Assembly: GCF_009914755.1 (NCBI RefSeq)
Contig: NC_060941.1
From: the human T2T-CHM13v2.0 reference genome, Homo sapiens
Direction: 5' to 3' (one strand)
Length of the DNA stretch: 64,000 nt
Both the position numbers and the translations under genes were made by a program. Under the pieces are notes generated by a model. It searched no databases, had not been told where the DNA came from, and saw only the letters and a program-made list of their open reading frames with translations. This document shows, one piece after another, positions 52,069 to 64,000 of the stretch (position 1 is the stretch's first letter; the number at the start of each line of letters is the position of its first letter).

Positions 52069-52879
52069 GTGAGAGATGATTGAGAGCACTCTGCATTTCC
52101 TCCTTATTTCGAGTGGCACCATTCTAAGGATGGATGCCTATCAGGGCATCAAACACATGGTCATAAACTCACTGAAGCTAAGGAGGTCCAAGGAGCCACA
52201 GGCTCGCCCTCCTCCAGGGCCACAATGCTCTAATCTCACTTGTAGGCTATTTTCCCCTTGGTGTTTCTGTCTCCGATATCAGAATGATCTCTTGACATAA
52301 ACAGAAAGGGGCTAGACCCATTTCTACTTGCCACCTGTATCACTTCTTACAGTCATAAATTCCATATGTCCACAGCAAGGAGTGGAACACCCTCCTTTGT
52401 TCAAAGCTATTTGTGATATCATTTACGAAAGACATGAGACTTGGTTAAACTTTATGATCCTCCCCAGGCTAATTAAGATTTGATAAAACTCAAAACTGAT
52501 TTGGGCTTTAGCCTCTTGGCAGAAAAAAGAGGCTGAAAATTGTTGAGTGGAGGAGTGTTAGCATAGTGCCCAAGGGTTATAAAACTATGTTTCCCTCTTA
52601 GATTATAATATCCTCCCACCAGATCACAGCTGAACAGAGAAAATCTATTTTTGGCACCTGCTCAAGACTTGATAGAACATAAGACAGCCACATAAATTGC
52701 GAATTATCAGTCATTTTTGTCTCTTTGCTGTGAAAGAGTGAAAACATCATTAAAATTTTAGTGAGAGAGAAACTCAAAACAATGATAAATCCTACAGGCT
52801 ACCTGGTAGAGAGACCTACCACTGTTATGTCAGATTATGGTGTGCCTCAGCACTGAAGTTGAGGGATATTATAATTAGG

Positions 52880-53450
52880 AGGAAGAGATTGGAATATTTT
52901 CATGTGCTATGCTCCAGGTGGAAATAAATGATGAAAGCAATAGTATAATCAGATTTGTCAGGTTGTGGGGTCTAAAAAGTTAGAACTGGGAGAAACTGGG
53001 GAGATCAGTGAAAAGAGGTTGATACCAGTGGTGATGTTGACAGTGGGAAAAGAAAGGACGGTTGAGATATGAAACCTTTTGAAGAAAGAATTGGAGAAAG
53101 TTCCTTACTAACTGAATGTGGCTGATGAGAGCCAATGATGACACTGATTAGAAAAATGAAGGGTTTTATTAACAAAATCTAAGGAATCAGGAAAACAGTC
53201 AGTATGTATGGGGGATGGAGTTGTCAGTGAGTTTGGATCTGGACACCTGGAGTTTGCAAGAAAAAAATATTCAACAGGCAGGAATGCAGACATGAAGTCT
53301 GGAGGAAGGTTAGAGCTGAAGATGTGAGTGAAGCTTTGGAGGCAGTAACAGAAGCCTCAGGAGTGGGGGCACTCTACACTGAAAGAGAAGTGCAGAAGGC
53401 AGAGGCAGGGAGCCTGGGGGATGCCCACAGTGATGAAGCAGCCTCAGGAA
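52880..53450. mobile_element. L2 fragment
   Basis: Purine-rich; gagatatgaaaccttttgaaga...gagtttggatctggacac...gagttt. Confidence 0.55.
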
Positions 53451-55827
53451 GAGCCAGAAAAGGCACGCAAGGAGAGCTCCCACTTGCTCAGTCACACTAC
53501 CCAGCTCATTTTCCTGAGAAGGAGCCAACACAAGCAGACTCCTGAATACAACAGGAGGAGCCATTCTTCCCTCCTTCTCTTCCTGTCTTCTTTTTTCCAA
53601 CTGGTGCAAGGAGATGGGGGTTGATGAGACCTGGTCCCTGCCCTTGAGCAGCTCACAATGTAGTGAGAGAAGAGTTTTCTCTGCATTGCTTTCTTGGATG
53701 TTCCCTTCTTTCCCAGGAGCTGGCAGAGTGACTATCAAGCGAGGAGGGGGCCTGAGTCTACTTAATTAGTGTTCCACAAAGAGCATTAATTGGATCCTTA
53801 TTCTGGGCCAAGCACTATGAAGGATTCAAAAAAAATTGGAAAGCAAGGCCCTGCTGTCAAGGAGATTGCAATATTTGGAGATCCACAATCCCAACTCAAG
53901 TCAAATTATTAGAGATGTTAGATACTAAAGTGGGTGGAACTGACTAGAAGAGCAATACAGGCTTAAAGAACAGATATTGTCGTTGGCTAAAAAGATGGGA
54001 CATTGGCACAGCAAAATGTCTTGAGTGAGGCGGGAATTTCATACAGAAGAGTAAAGGAGGCATTTCTATAGGAGGGAGAGTATCCCATGAAGGCAGAAGG
54101 CAAGGGAGAGCTGGCCTTGGCTCAGGGGTATGTCCTGTAACACAGTGGTGGAACAAGAGTATCCAGAAAGATTGCATTTGGAAGTGGGTGAGCTGAGTGA
54201 TGCCTTGTTGAGAGTATAATGCCAACAGGCAGAAGGAGGTTCCTTCTTCTCCAGCATAGCCAAAGTGAAGAGACAAGTGCTGAGAGATGAGTGGCTATTA
54301 CTCCCTCTGAGGAGCAGCACTCCCAAGTTCCTGCTCACTCCACTTCCTGGCATCTGTCCTGATGCATGCCAAGGAGGCTCTTTCTGTACAGCATGTTCTA
54401 ATGGGGATGTAGAGCACCCTCCACCCCCTCACATATGTCCTGAGCTGGCATGAACACCAGCTCACTGGCTGAGCTTCCCTGGCTCAGTCCCCAGTGTTGG
54501 GGGTGACAATGAAGGCAGGAAGGGGTAGAAAAGTCAGGAGTCCCCGGTGCTTGGGGCTGCCCTTGGACAATGCCTAGGAGGGCTTCTCTGTCTCCCACCT
54601 CTCACACAGTCCACAGAATTCCTGCTTTCCACGTTTCCACACTCTTTTTGCCAAGAGGTGTGGCAGTCCTCCTGCACATTCGACCGAAGTTAGAGCCTGC
54701 CCCCTCTCAGAAATTCTTTGGCCTTGAGGTGTCCCAAACAAAAAGAGGATGGAGGAATGACACAGCGAGACTATAGCCTTCCAACTGCCTCACTTCTGGG
54801 AATGGTACCACCATTTCCCATGGCAGCCACTCATTGACTTGTTGTGGCTTCTCCTCCTCAAGTCTGTGAAGCACTGAGGCATGCTTGTCTTCTTCCCCAG
54901 GATCTCCAGCTCTTTCTGTCCCCTCATCCTCACTGCCTCCCTCACCGGCCCTGCATGCCCCCTCTCCAGATGTCATTCATCTGGCCCTGAGCCCAGCGCA
55001 CACTGCACTGGGCTCCCATCAGCCATCCTCTCATCTCCCTTTCACCTTTTCTCCCACTTTTCCTTCCATTCTTTTCCCCAGCTCTGGCAATGAACAACAC
55101 TCCTTTCCATCTCTTCAGATTCTTGCACCTCAATGCTCTATCTCAGGGGAAGGAAGGAGAAAGTGGGGATGATGTGCTATGCATTTTTGTCTAGATTCTT
55201 TCCTCCAGCAGCTTAGAGATGGCTAAGGGGGCTTCAGAGAAAGGAATTAGAGTAAGATAAAATAGCTCTGTGGCTCACTGTGGCTTGTCAGGTGCAGAGC
55301 TTGGAGAGGAGAAAGGGGCTACATGAGCTGTGGAAGGATGCCATGGACGGAGCATGGGTTGGGTCTCAGTGGAGCTGGGTCCTGGACTCAGTTCTTCTAT
55401 GGGTACATAAATAACATAAGTCACTCCATGTCCTCCAACTCAAGATTTTTCTGAGCCTGAGAGCTAGGTTTGCCTAAAGCTATTAGGAAAAGGACAGCAC
55501 TTTCACACAGAAGTAGATGATTTTTATGATGCCCCTCAGCTCCATCAGGCTTACGTTTTCAGCAGATAACCCAGAGATGTACTGAGAGAGAGAATTCGCT
55601 CCTCAGACTCAAGAGTCGAGTCTCCCATTCACAGAATGGTGAACTGTCTTGGTGGTGGCTAAAACAGCATCTGCCCCTAGGCTTATTGACAACTGGAACT
55701 GAGCATGAGGGAAACTGAGTCAATAGTATCACCTATGTCCAAGCACAGAGGTCCAGGAAAGGAGGATGGGGATTCGAATCAGGGGTGAGGCAGAAAGCAC
55801 ACCTGCCACACACATGGTCCTCATTAA

Positions 55828-56118
<291 letters not shown>

Positions 56119-57554
56119 TAAAGAAGGAGTTGCAGGATGAGAGAAGAGAATAGACAAGCTCTTTGCTTTTGTTCCTTATGGACTGAGCCCATTCTTTCCA
56201 TACATAGAAAGAAGACCATGGAATCCTCAGATTCACATCCCTATAGGAGACGGCCTTCCAATTCATGCACCAGTTTAACTGCGGGAGAAAGCCTTCTCCC
56301 AGTCCCGCACGCAACTGCCTTCTTCAAACCATGGGCCTTCCTTGCTGTATACCCTATACTGGATAGAGGCTAGCAATGGCCAGAACTTTCTCTGAGACCT
56401 CTCCCAGAGGCCCACAAACCAGCTCCTTCTCCAACCCAGCCAACAGTGTCTTGAGGACCTGAGATCCTTCACCTCCCATGCATACACCCCATTTCACCAG
56501 TTCAATCCAGTTTATCCAGTGATGCCAGCTCTGCCTCTTGAGTCTGGGGAGACTCTGGGCATCAATGGGTTAAAGATACAAAAATGTCAAAAAATTTCCC
56601 TAAAGGACAGCTCTTCCTCCCTGGCTTTCTGGCCTTGGACCTTCTCCTCCCATTTTCCCAGGAGTCTCTTTTGATGACCACCCAACTGCAGTTGGAGCCT
56701 CAAGGGCTGAGCATTTGCTTGAAAGCTTCAGGGTAACCTACCCTGACAGAAGTGCAGCCCAAGTCCACATCAGCCACCTCCATGGTGAAACGTGGAGTCT
56801 CTAGCTAGAGACGGGACTATCATAACCTGAGGAATCATCCCGAGGTGATGAAATTTGGCTCAGGAGGAAGGATACCCATCAACGACCCCGCTGCACCAAC
56901 TGAAGAGCAGACAGAATTCCCACACTTTTGCAGAGATCTAGAAGGCCATGTGTAGGAGGCCTCATTTCTGAAATTTGGGGCAATGCAGGTTTGTGTGTAA
57001 CCTGCAAGTTCAAGTAGGTTTGTAGCATGCAAGTCCAAGTAGGCTTGTAGCATGCAAGTTCCAGGCAAATTCAAGGGTACAGAGAGCAGTGTGAGCTTAG
57101 GAGGGCCTGCTGGATAGAGAGAAAGGTGGAGCATCTAAATGAGGCGCACATGTAAGATTACTCCAACCAGCTTGCGTTATGGGCACAGGTGGAGTGTGTG
57201 TAGGCTGATTATGTGGCTGTGTGGGGACTGGAGGCCCATGTATTGGCTTTCTATGCGTTGCCTGTTACTACAGAGAAGGTGTTACGATGTTCCTAAGTTA
57301 CCAGTTAAACATTTTCACAAGTGTTTCCTAGTCTGAGCATCTTACTTTATTCTAGCCGGAGGCTGGCTCTGGACCTCATCAGGAAGCTTCAAGAGCTGCT
57401 ATTTGGATGTTTTAGTAAGACAGATAGTCATTCTGTTTCAGGACCATGGTGTGGTAGATACGGCCCAGGACCAGGCGGAGTTCAGGGACTTGGGCTTGCT
57501 ATCAACTCTGCCCTGAACACACTGGGGATTCTGAGGAAGTCCCTTAACATATCC

Positions 57555-57705
57555 CTACTCAAGGTGGTCTATGTACCAGAGGCTTTTAGCATTACCTGGG
57601 AGCTTGTTAGAGATGCAAACTCTTGGGCCCACCCCAGACCCACTGAATTAGAATCTGCATTTAACAAGCCCCCAGAGAATGGTTTGCACATTCAATGGGA
57701 AAATA
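57555..57705. mobile_element. MER5A
   Basis: gcattacctgggagcttgttagagatgcaaa...ggccccaccccagacccactgaattagaatctgcattttaacaag. Confidence 0.85.
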
Positions 57706-57869
57706 CACCCTTCACCCGTCTGTCCTAATCCATAACTAAAGGAGTTTGACTGTATTATCCCTTAAGGTTGACAGGTCTGTGATGGAGCAGGAGCGGGGCA
57801 GGGTTCTATCTGAGTCCTGGCTGCAGGGTCACCCCAGTTGCCTTCTCTCACTCTGTCTCTCCCCTGCAG

Positions 57870-58420
57870 CCGACAAGGAGGCTGACGAGTATTACATGAG
57901 ACGGCGGCACCTGCCCGACCTGGCTGCCCGCGGCACCCTCCCCCTCAATGTCATCCAGATGTCCCAACAGAAGCCGTTGCCAAGGGAACGACCCCGCCGG
58001 CCCATCCGGGCCATGTCCCAGGACAGGGTCCTGTCCCCGGATCGGGGCCTGCCAGATGAGTTCAGCATGCCCTACGACCGCATCCTGTCCGACGAGCAGC
58101 TGCTCTCCACGGAGCGCCTGCACTCCCAGGACCCGCTGCTGTCCCCGGAGCGGACGGCCTTTCCCGAGCAGTCGCTGTCCAGGGCCATCTCGCACACGGA
58201 CGTCTTTGTGTCCACACCCGTGCTGGACCGCTACCGCATGAGCAAGATGCACTCTCATCCCAGTGCCTCCAATAACTCATACGCCACCCTGGGCCAGAGC
58301 CAGACGGCAGCCAAGCGTCATGCCTTTGCCTCACGCAGACACAACACGGTGGAGCAGCTGCACTACATCCCGGGCCACCACACCTGCTACACAGCCAGCA
58401 AGACCGAAGTGACCGTGTGA
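57870..58420 (+). CDS. SHISA6: SHISA6 last exon, coding part (TDKEADEYYMRRRHLPDLAARG...HTCYTASKTEVTV*), C-terminal PDZ ligand EVTV
   Basis: Acceptor ctctgtctctcccctgcag; A|CC gives Thr. Matches ORF 57746..58420. CpG-rich coding composition. The EVTV end is typical of SHISA6/7/9 and the internal sequence matches SHISA6. TGA at 58418-58420. Confidence 0.97.
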
Positions 58421-61400
58421 CCGGCGGGGCAGGGCCGGGGCTGCTGGGCGTGGCAGAGCAGAGCGGGGGCCGGGAGGGGCCAGGAGCAGAGCTTCTAGCC
58501 TTGCCACTCTCCCTTCCCTTGTCCCCTCTGTAGGAAGTGGGGGTGGGCCACCTTTGCCCAAAAAGCCATACCCCCGGGGACACAGCCCCGATGGCCTGGT
58601 CCAATACACTTAGACCCAGGACCAAGAGCAATCGCTCTTGCTCCTCCAGAAGAATCAGTGGGGAGTGAGGAGGGGGCTAGGCCCCATTCTCACCCCCGAC
58701 CACCTTCACCAACTCCCTTTCCGTCCCGCGCCTCCTTCTCCCCATCCGGGGGACTCAGCTGCAGGTTCTGTCAGCAAAGAGACCCTTGCTTGACTGTGGT
58801 CTGAAGCTGCCTGGGTTTGAAGGGGCCAGCGGGTCCAATCAGTGGGCTGACCGGATAGGCTACTCGGTCTCATTCATTCATCTAGAACCGCATCACAGAA
58901 ATCTCCTAGTGCCTAAAAACTGCCTGCTCGCTCTCTCAGAGCCAGGGAGCTGCTGTGTCCATAAGCACAATAATGATTCTTTTCTTGCCTGCTGGAACTC
59001 TCTGGTCCCCACTGAGTGACCCTTCCTTTGCTGACCCCTGAGGGCCCAACCCTGGCCCTGTGCCCCTCCCCTCAACTCCAGGACCAGGAGGGGTTCCCTT
59101 CCTTCAGCTGCCTCCCCATTGGTGGGAACTCCACCCCCTTCCAGCTGACTGCCCGCCCATAAGGACCCTGGGCCTGTCCTTTCAGCGGGCTGTGCTCCTT
59201 CCCTGGCCCTGAGGATTTCACCCTTGAGTTTTCTGGGGTTTTGGCTGTAGCCTTCGCAGAGGGGAGTAGCAATGGGGTGCTGGCCCTCCCAGACACCCGA
59301 TCATCTCCGCACTCCCTCCAGGCCTCTAGACCTGACCATGACTGCCACTCAGGCTGCCTTCTCCACCCCTGCTCTGCTCCCAGGAGGCACCTGCGGTGGC
59401 CAGAGAGCCAGGGTGGGGAGGGCCACTGTGATGTGCGGGGTCTCGGGCTCAACATTCGCATCCTGCAGGGCTCCACCTGTTCCCACATGCACCTCCGGCA
59501 GGACCTAGACAGAAGTTTCTAGAGAGCAGCTTTTCAGCCCCCAGACAAGGAGGATGAGAGGTGGTTGTCCTGCATCCTCTCCGCTCATCCTTCCTTCCCC
59601 ATCTCTGTCTACCTGCTCAGTTCAGAGATCACTCCTACTGCCTGTGTCCCCTTCCCCCACATCCTCCCTGCAACTTTATTCCTCCTAGCTGATCCTTCAG
59701 ATCCGTGCCTCCTCTGGATCAAAGGGACAAAGACCTATTAGCAAAAGCAAACAAAGGTCCTCCAGGCGACTGGCCTAGGGGCTAACTGGGCAGGTCCCCA
59801 CAGCATCATCCCTTTGTGCAGGCACTGGGGTACCTGGTAGACCATGGTCCTCAGCTCTGTTGGGGGACCGCCACTGCCCGCCCACCTCAGCCTCTTCCCC
59901 GCCTCCAGCCTGGGGGTTGGCATGGTGTGACGGCCTCCTGGGGAGGTGACAGTGAATTCAGCAGCATCCGCTCCCCCAAGACCAGAGAGCCTGGTGGGGG
60001 AAAGAAGGGGTTCCCTCATTCTCAGGGCCAGGGCACCCGCTGGGTTGGGGCTGGGGGAATCAACTCCAGGCTATTGGGTGAAGGTGTGATCCTAAAAACA
60101 GTCAGATCCAACAGCAGTGCCCTTATAAATGGGGTTTTACCTGCCCTCAGTTCTGCACTCATGGCCCTTTAAAAAGGCGAGTGTAGAAGGAGAATTTATT
60201 GGTGTCAGCCCTGGAGATTTTTAATCTAACCAAGTCCACAAACCACAGAGAAAGCAATGGACTGTGTCCTTTCACTGATTTCAAGAGTTCCAAAGCTCTC
60301 ATCTCCTTCTCCCCTCTGCAGGGTGTGCCTCCCAACAGGAACAGGAAACCATCACCCTGGATCTTAGGGGGATGGAGGCTGGGGGTTGTGAAAGCCACTG
60401 TCAGACCCCACACTGGGGATGCATTCCTGGAGTCGTGCGGCTGGAAGGCCAGGGACTACCCTCTCTGCTTTCCTCCCAACAGACACATAAACCTTCTTAA
60501 GGGCTGGTCCCCAGGGGTTTATAAGAGTTTGTTCCAGAAGGTGAGGCTAAGAGGGTTGGAAAGGAAGAAGTGAGTCTGAATAGAGCAGGTGGCTCCCAGC
60601 TGGGCCCCTGAGCCCAGCACCTTTGAATCGTCTAATCTGTGGCCATCCCTTGGAAGGCAGGATGCTGGTGGTGAGGGGAAAGGACCTGAGTGGCTGAGAA
60701 TGCCCTTCCCAGGTGTCTACATGCAGGTATACACCAAACCAGAAAGCTGATCCCATCTCCAGTGTCAAAGCTTCTCAGCACCAAGTTCTCCAGCCCCCAG
60801 GGTGACACTTTTCCCCAGGGGTCCTCCCCAAGCCCTGTCTCTGACAGGGTTTCTGTCTCTCTCAGGGGTTGTTGATGAGTTGATTCCAAGACATTTCTCA
60901 TCCCAGCCTTACCACTGTCTGGCTGAAAGGCTCTGATGTCAGTTGGGTTGGAAAATTCTACTGCAATGCTTACTTCTTTTCAAGGATTTCTTCTGCTTCA
61001 CCTTTGGGTCTAGAAGCAAGGAATGAAGGGAGGGAGAGAGGGAGGGAGGGAGGGAAGGAGGGAAGAAAAAAGAAGTAGAGATAGGTCTACAGACTTGCTC
61101 CAATTCAGTCCCACATTTCAAAATCCAGAAAACTATGTCATAGCTGGGACAGAGAGGTATCCCATTTATTCAGCTGTCCCATCCATCTTCATGGAACAAG
61201 CAAAGCCACATCAATAGGCAAGTTCACGTAGCAGATAAAAGAGGCTTCTGGGGCTGGAACCTAGATGCCATGATTTCTAGCCCAACCAGGCTGGTGGCCT
61301 CTACCATACATAGAAGTACCATCCACCCTTACAGTAAAAGCCTCCCTCCTGCTCACAAAGGAAGCCTAAAGCCCAAGATTTCCCTCTCCTTGTTTTATTC

Positions 61401-62679
61401 ATTTTTGCACATCTCTGTTGCTCTAACAGAAATGAACTGGAATCTGCACAGGTTCTCTCCTGCCCTGAAAGTTCTGCCTGGTTTCCTTGGCCTCTGATGG
61501 CATTGAAGCTTTCACAATCCCTCCTGCATCTCCACCTTCCCTGTCTTGCTCCAGGCTCCTGGCTCCATGCCTTCCTGTGTCAAAAAGGCTTTGCCAAGAA
61601 TTACTTCACCTCCTAACCAGGCTTCTGCCCTCAGGGCTCCCCCAGTGTCTTGGGAGTGTCTTGGGCCACACGACTGCCTCTTAGAAAGTTCCAACCTTGC
61701 CCCCAATTCAAATTTCTCCTCCCCTCTTTCCACTCTCCCTCCCAGAAACTCCTGATTTCCAGAAAACCTCAGATTTCCAGGCCAGGTCACTCATTCCTTC
61801 CTCTCATCTCCCTCTTCCTCCATCTACCTTCCTCCATTCACCTTCCTCCATTCCTAATTTCTTTTCCCTGGTCTTGCTATAATCTCCAGCTCTAAAAATC
61901 AGAGCTCTCAATGAAAACAATGGAAGAATAAGACATTCTTTCGGTCTTCTGTTTGCCTCACTGGTGTATCCTTCATCTCCTGCCCCTGTGAGTTGATACC
62001 CCAGTGCACGGAGCCAAGGGCTTTTCCCCTCTGAGCTCTGGGAGGGAAGGGAATGGAGCTCTGGGTTTGAGATGTCATGGCCTGTGATAGTCAGTTTGGT
62101 TCCTGCCACTAGCAAGTCCCCTGAAGCTCCCAACCCAGCCTGATGTTAGCCCAGAAGCTCCTGCTCTGGCCAAAGACTCCTATCCTTGAGGGCTCTCAGC
62201 CACTGCTCCAACACACTTGCCCCCTTCCTGCTTGTGTATGTCACTTATCCTCCTTTGTCCACAAAGACTTGAGGGCCTCCTGAGTCTCCAAGCATGGAGG
62301 AATATCCATGCCAACATCCCTGCCATCAAACTCAATCCATTTTCTTCAGAGATACCTTGTCTGTCACCAGCCTCCAACTTCATATTCCTTCCACAGGCAA
62401 CTGTGCACTTGACCCAAGGTAAAATGAAAGGGCTGCCAATCACTCGGACTCCAGAAGGTGCCTGCCCTGAGAAGAGCTGGCATGTTACCTCCCACATACA
62501 TTTCCTGTCATCCTGTCCGAATCTGGGAAATTTTGCTCTGGAGTATTTTCAAGAAAGCGCATTGTGTTTTAATGAAGTATTTTTCAGGGTTCCAATGTTA
62601 TTTTTTATAAATGCAGCATTTTAATGGCAGATTCAATATGAAGGACATGTCTTCCTGGGCTCTATATTTGATTTTGGAA

Positions 62680-62850
62680 GGCAGCATACTCTAGGAGAAA
62701 AAAAGCATAGGGCTGAGGCTCTGAAGACACAGCTTCCAGCCCTGGCTTTGTCTCCGAGGGGGAGTCATGTTCCCCACTCAGTGCCTCAGTTTCCCCATCT
62801 GTAAAATGAGGGGCTTTGACTAGATGAGCTCTGAAGTTTCATCCAGCTCT
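62680..62850. mobile_element. MIR within the 3'UTR
   Basis: gtgcctcagtttccccatctgtaaaatgaggg...gactagatga. Confidence 0.8.
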
Positions 62851-63811
62851 TACACTGTAGGGCTTTCATTCCCTGCCAGCACCTGCTCTCCCCGTTCCTC
62901 CCCACCTCCACTGAGCTGCACACATCCCACAATGCCTGCCCCACAGCGATGTCCTCAGATGTCCTGGACAGCCACCGCACTCCTCACTAGAGCCTGGGGT
63001 GGGCCTGATGGGCTCGGCCACCCAGGGATGCCCTCGTACCTGAAGTTTAAGGGCCTAACCATTCAATAGGTCACCAACTGTGTGCCATGGAAGCCCTCTT
63101 GTAAAGACACACCTAAACCATCCTAAGTGACTGTGGAATTCTGGGGAATTCTGAGTTTGGAGTTTCCATTTGGATACGGTCCTTATAGCTGGAGGGAGGC
63201 GGTTCCAATTTCAGAGAGGGAGCTGGCTGGAGAGAAAGGTCTGGAGGTTGGCCCATAAGGGCATGAAGTTTGTACTTGAGGGCAGCTGGGAAATTCATTT
63301 CAAGCTGCAGAGGAACGTGTTCACAGGCTGTTGTGTGGCAATGAATGTCATGATAACCCACTCTGGAATATGTGTCCTGAAGACCAAGTCTGGACACTGA
63401 GGCTCCATTCCAACTGGAGGAGGAGGCATCTCCATCTGGGCTGCTAGGAAGGGGCACTCATCCCATCCTAGTACCTTTGTAGCCCTTCGTCATGACACTA
63501 CCGTCCTCCCGGTGAAGGCTTGTGAAGCAAGAATGGAGAGTCCAAGTTTGTGATATTCAAACCCATCTTGTAAATCAGCAAACACATTAACCTTCCATCA
63601 GTCAGAGAAATAATGTTGTGGCTGTGTGTTTCCTTAATGCTCTCCCTCCTGAGGGAGGAGAAGACCCTGCTCAACTTTGCTGCCCACCCTGCAGTGACCC
63701 CTGAATGCCACACCATGGGAGGACTCATTCATTGGCTTTGTAGTGGCAAATATTCCTCTAGTTCTATAACTCAACTAGACATTTTGTAGTAAAGAATTCT
63801 TGAAATTCTCT

Positions 63812-63817
63812 AATAAA
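63812..63817 (+). terminator. AATAAA candidate poly(A) signal in the distal 3'UTR
   Basis: Canonical hexamer in AU-rich context, with TGTA upstream and U-rich sequence downstream. Confidence 0.45.
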
Positions 63818-64000
63818 AAGCAATTCTTACTGTAATATTTTTAGTTTGGGGACACAATTTCCTAAGGGGGGATTAATGAACATTTTTATGCATTAGCCCA
63901 ATTTATGAATTCCATGTTTATTATATGGTAGTACTGATGAAAAGTACCTTTCTATCTGTATCTTTGCAGTTTCTTCGTTACTCATATGTAAGCCTCATGG

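Larger units (their letters stand above)
58421..64000 (+). other. SHISA6: SHISA6 3'UTR (long; probably continues past the window end)
   Basis: Follows the stop codon. Almost repeat-free compared with the intron, with an AU-rich distal end. Full length inferred from recall of a ~6 kb last exon. Confidence 0.75.

Noticed and set aside
57746-57869. N-terminal 41 aa of the 224-aa ORF
   Set aside because: Intronic in-frame extension through the polypyrimidine tract; the real exon begins at 57870.
58418-58498. Stop-codon readthrough (TGA-C) adding 26 aa and masking EVTV
   Set aside because: Context is TGA CCG G, not the UGA CUAG motif; no evidence available from sequence alone.
57848-58631. Overlapping antisense and alternate-frame ORFs (136, 97, 189 and 92 aa)
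   Set aside because: Shadows of a GC-rich coding exon; no independent gene signals.

Overview
Human (primate) genomic DNA holding the 3' part of SHISA6 (CKAMP52, AMPA-receptor auxiliary subunit; 17p12 from recall) on the + strand. About 52 kb of a very large intron is followed by three coding exons (52012-52068, 55856-56008, 57870-58420). They splice in phase 1 to give ...GDHQYNHPILSSVTQIPPH-EKPRMNN...KRL-TDKEAD...SKTEVTV*, and a long 3'UTR then runs to the window end. The intron is mostly Alu, L1, L2, MIR, LTR and DNA-transposon relics, and nearly all other ORF-track entries are repeat-derived or chance ORFs. Most notable leads: (1) a candidate alternative terminal exon at 3822-~4210 with a good acceptor, in-phase ETSLRDRFEKLLEVP*, 16 TGTA motifs and AATAAA, which would give a SHISA6 lacking the PPxY and PDZ motifs; (2) a near-consensus RE1/REST site at 7036-7056; (3) a ~540 bp non-Alu inverted duplication (41214-41756 / 42660-43199) plus several other local 1-2 kb-range duplications; (4) an L1 3' transduction; (5) a reconstructable ancient LINE RT fossil. 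Repeat subfamily calls were made by eye and their boundaries are approximate. No database was consulted, so novelty is unverified.
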